Positions 61,619 to 64,000 of a stretch of DNA of 64,000 nucleotides are shown here, piece after piece (position 1 is the first letter of the stretch; the number at the start of each line of letters is the position of its first letter). Source of the DNA: Candidatus Omnitrophota bacterium (lineage in GTDB: Bacteria > Omnitrophota > Gorgyraeia > B26-G9); NCBI GenBank assembly GCA_018817585.1, contig JAHITE010000007.1, positions 25,251 to 89,250 on the forward strand, written 5' to 3'. The translations under genes were made by a program, and so were the position numbers. Under the pieces are notes generated by a model. The model searched no databases. It was not told the DNA's origin and saw nothing but the letters and a program-made list of their open reading frames with translations.

Positions 61619-62482
61619 GTGTTAAAATATAAAAAGATGATTAAAAGCGTTAAACGAAAAAAAGGGATTATTCTAATCATTGTTTTATGGGTAATGTTTT
61701 TTCTTTCTGTGGTTGTGCTGGTTTTAGGGGCGAAAAACAGAATGAATGTAAGACTGCGCTCATTGAATAATGAAAGTTTGCGCATGTTTTATTTAGCCAA
61801 ACAGGGGATTAACCAGGCAATTGATATTCTGATCAAAGATGACTGGCAGTTTGATTCCCTGAATGAAAACTGGTCTGAGAAAATCAGTTCAGAGCAGGAT
61901 GAGGGAAAACTTACGGTTCAGATTATTGATGAGAACCGGTTTATAAATATAAATAATGTTTCCGAAGAAATTCTAAATAATGTTAAAACTTTTTTTCCGG
62001 AAATAACCGTTGAGCAGGTAGCGGCAATTCTTAAGAATCGGCCGTTTAATCTTAAAAGCGAAGTTATTGATTTATTAGCCTTAGCTGATACAGGTTTGGT
62101 TGCCAATCAATTTAACCAAACCCGGCTGATTGATCTGCTGACGACTTTTTCCGACGGGAAGCTGAACATTAATACTGTTTCCGAAGCGGTTTTGGTTGTG
62201 CTTCCCGGGATGACTGAATCAGCAGCGCAGGCAATTGTTGCGCATAGACAGTCAAATCCGTTTATCAGCAATGACGCGCTTTCCGGAGATTTATCGCTTT
62301 TAGGCTTAACTCCCGGGCAGGTTAGCTCCCTGATTAAGTGTGTTAAGGTTAATTCCAATGTATTTCGGATCTTAGTTTCAGCGCAGTCAAATAATCGGCA
62401 TATTGCTAAAAATCTGGAAGTAGTGCTCAGCCGGCAGGATAATCAGCTTAAGATTTTATTATCAAAGGAGAATCAGGATTGA
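61619..62482 (+). CDS. Type II secretion protein GspK-like
   Basis: KGIILIIVLW, DSLNENW, IDENRFININ, GKLNINT, HhH segment. Confidence 0.85.
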   Translation: MLKYKKMIKSVKRKKGIILIIVLWVMFFLSVVVLVLGAKNRMNVRLRSLNNESLRMFYLAKQGINQAIDILIKDDWQFDSLNENWSEKISSEQDEGKLTVQIIDENRFININNVSEEILNNVKTFFPEITVEQVAAILKNRPFNLKSEVIDLLALADTGLVANQFNQTRLIDLLTTFSDGKLNINTVSEAVLVVLPGMTESAAQAIVAHRQSNPFISNDALSGDLSLLGLTPGQVSSLIKCVKVNSNVFRILVSAQSNNRHIAKNLEVVLSRQDNQLKILLSKENQD

Positions 62483-63810
62483 TTAAAACAATAATTTATT
62501 TCACCAATAAAAAAGCCCGGATTGCCCGGTTTAGCCTGAACAAACAAGCGCTTAAGCTGGTTAAAGATCAAAGCATTGCTTTAGCGGATAAAGAAATTGA
62601 TCCTTTAGCAATCAAGGATTTTCTGGCAAAGCAGGGAATTGGAAAAACAAATATTATCGGCTGCTTATTTCGCTATCAGGTCAGCGTAAGATTCTTTTCT
62701 TTTCCTTCTCATGAAAACGCGGAAATCGAGCGCATGGTTCAATACGAAGCCGCCGAGCTGCTGCCTTTAAAACCCGAAGAAACAATCACCCGTTATCTGG
62801 TTCTGAATAAAAAACCCAATGGCTATGCTGATACTTTGCTGGTCGTTACCCATAAAGAAGAAGTCAGCAAACTGCTGGATAAAATTAAACAAGCGGGCTT
62901 GGGCATCGAAGCGCTTAGTCTGAGCAGTCTGGCTTTGCTCAAATGTCTGGAACATGCTCTGGGTAAAAATAAAACAGATGATCCGGTTTTATTGGTTTAT
63001 ATCGAAGACAATGCCGCGGAAATCATTATTGCCAGAAATGGGATTATTGAATTCAGCCGCGGTTTTTTAACTGGAGATATCGAGCGTTTTCCCCAGGTTT
63101 TAATCAGTGAAATCCGCCACAGCATGGAATTGTTTTTTAATAATGCCGAAGAAAATAAACTGAAAAAAATCATTCTTGGTTCTCCGGACAATGATCTTAA
63201 ATCAATCGCCGAAGACCTAAAGCAAAGGTTTGCCATACCGCTAGAGGAAGTGCCAATGGATATTGCGTATGGTTTAGCGGTTTTAGATGGCGCGGAGATT
63301 AATTTACTGAGCAATGAATTTGTCTTAAGCAAACAGCAGCAGGTTTTTAAAAAACGGATTCTGTTTGGGCTCGGGTTGTTATTTATAAATATTTTATTGC
63401 TGGCTGGAATATTTACACTGCAGATAAACCGTAAACAGGCTTATCTGGAAAAAATAAATCAGGAAATAAGCAAACTTAAGCCGCAGGCCCATACAGTTCA
63501 GAGTAAATTAAGAAAACTGGAAATAGTTAAGCAACAGTTAAGTTCCCAGCTGCGGATCCTAGACGCGATTACGGATATTGCTGATATTATACCTGTGTCG
63601 GCTAATCTGAATATGCTGTCAATCAATGAACAAGGCATTTTCCTGATCAGAGGCCAGTCCAAGACTTTACAGGAAGTGCTGGATTTTGTCAGCGTGATCG
63701 AAAAATCAGAGTATTTTATCAACAGTCATTTAAATTACTCTAACAGAAGAAAAATAAAAGACTTAGAACTGATTGATTTTGAAATCCAGGCAATGATTCA
63801 ACAGCAGTAA
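62479..63810 (+). CDS. GspL / PilM-PilN-like platform protein
   Basis: Actin-like N-domain, INLL motif, single TM, periplasmic PilN-like domain. Confidence 0.78.
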   Translation: MIKTIIYFTNKKARIARFSLNKQALKLVKDQSIALADKEIDPLAIKDFLAKQGIGKTNIIGCLFRYQVSVRFFSFPSHENAEIERMVQYEAAELLPLKPEETITRYLVLNKKPNGYADTLLVVTHKEEVSKLLDKIKQAGLGIEALSLSSLALLKCLEHALGKNKTDDPVLLVYIEDNAAEIIIARNGIIEFSRGFLTGDIERFPQVLISEIRHSMELFFNNAEENKLKKIILGSPDNDLKSIAEDLKQRFAIPLEEVPMDIAYGLAVLDGAEINLLSNEFVLSKQQQVFKKRILFGLGLLFINILLLAGIFTLQINRKQAYLEKINQEISKLKPQAHTVQSKLRKLEIVKQQLSSQLRILDAITDIADIIPVSANLNMLSINEQGIFLIRGQSKTLQEVLDFVSVIEKSEYFINSHLNYSNRRKIKDLELIDFEIQAMIQQQ

Positions 63811-63828
63811 AACCTGAAATTTTTGATT

Positions 63829-63890
63829 AAAACAGATAGTGGTTAGCGAAAACTAAAACCGGTTTTCGGCTTTGATTGCTTCTGTTTTTT
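63829..63890 (+). terminator. Long imperfect hairpin ending in T-run
   Basis: aaaacaga...gcgaaaac / gttttcggc...tctgtttttt. Confidence 0.45.
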
Positions 63891-63915
63891 ATTTTAAATT
63901 GAAAAAAGAGAGAAT

Positions 63916-64000
63916 ATGCGGATCATCAGCGGGCAATTCAAAAACCGAAACATAAAAATGCCGGCTTCACGCGATGTCCGGCCAACCAGCCAAAAAGTGC
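63916..64000 (+). CDS. rsmD: 16S rRNA m2G966 methyltransferase, 3'-truncated by window edge
   Basis: MRIISGQFKNRNIKMPASRDVRPTSQKV. Confidence 0.85.
   Translation, partial: MRIISGQFKNRNIKMPASRDVRPTSQKV

Overview
AT-rich chromosomal segment of a diderm bacterium (GT9 LPS-type glycosyltransferase, ExbB/ExbD/TonB, type II secretion-type pseudopilins); gene style suggests Ca. Omnitrophota/PVC, but that is only an impression. Mostly housekeeping: thiM-thiE, carAB-purF-pyrG, uppP, glgC, GH57-malQ, Na/Pi transporter, mgtE, rlmB, three tRNAs (Pro, Arg, His), hflX, CIRCE-hrcA-grpE-dnaK-dnaJ, greA, uvrA, a TPR/beta-barrel/ExbBD/TonB cluster, gspJ/K/L-like genes and the start of rsmD. No CRISPR array, integrase or transposase was seen. 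The best candidate for an undescribed system is the apparently empty gap at 12212-12879. It follows a glutamine-amidotransferase run that ends in a GAF-ANTAR gene. It contains NrdR-box-like operators, an unannotated 40-aa 50%-lysine histone-H1-like peptide gene, and a dual-hexaloop ANTAR target RNA whose second hairpin competes with a 16-bp helix, all upstream of a PAS/HD-GYP phosphodiesterase. Other candidates are an ~90-nt promoter-bounded sRNA before uvrA, a structured leader at 25.5 kb, a missed 59-aa membrane protein, a doubly broken LOG-family pseudogene, heptamer/REP repeats and an archaeal-like DnaK. All calls come from reading the sequence by eye; no searches were run.
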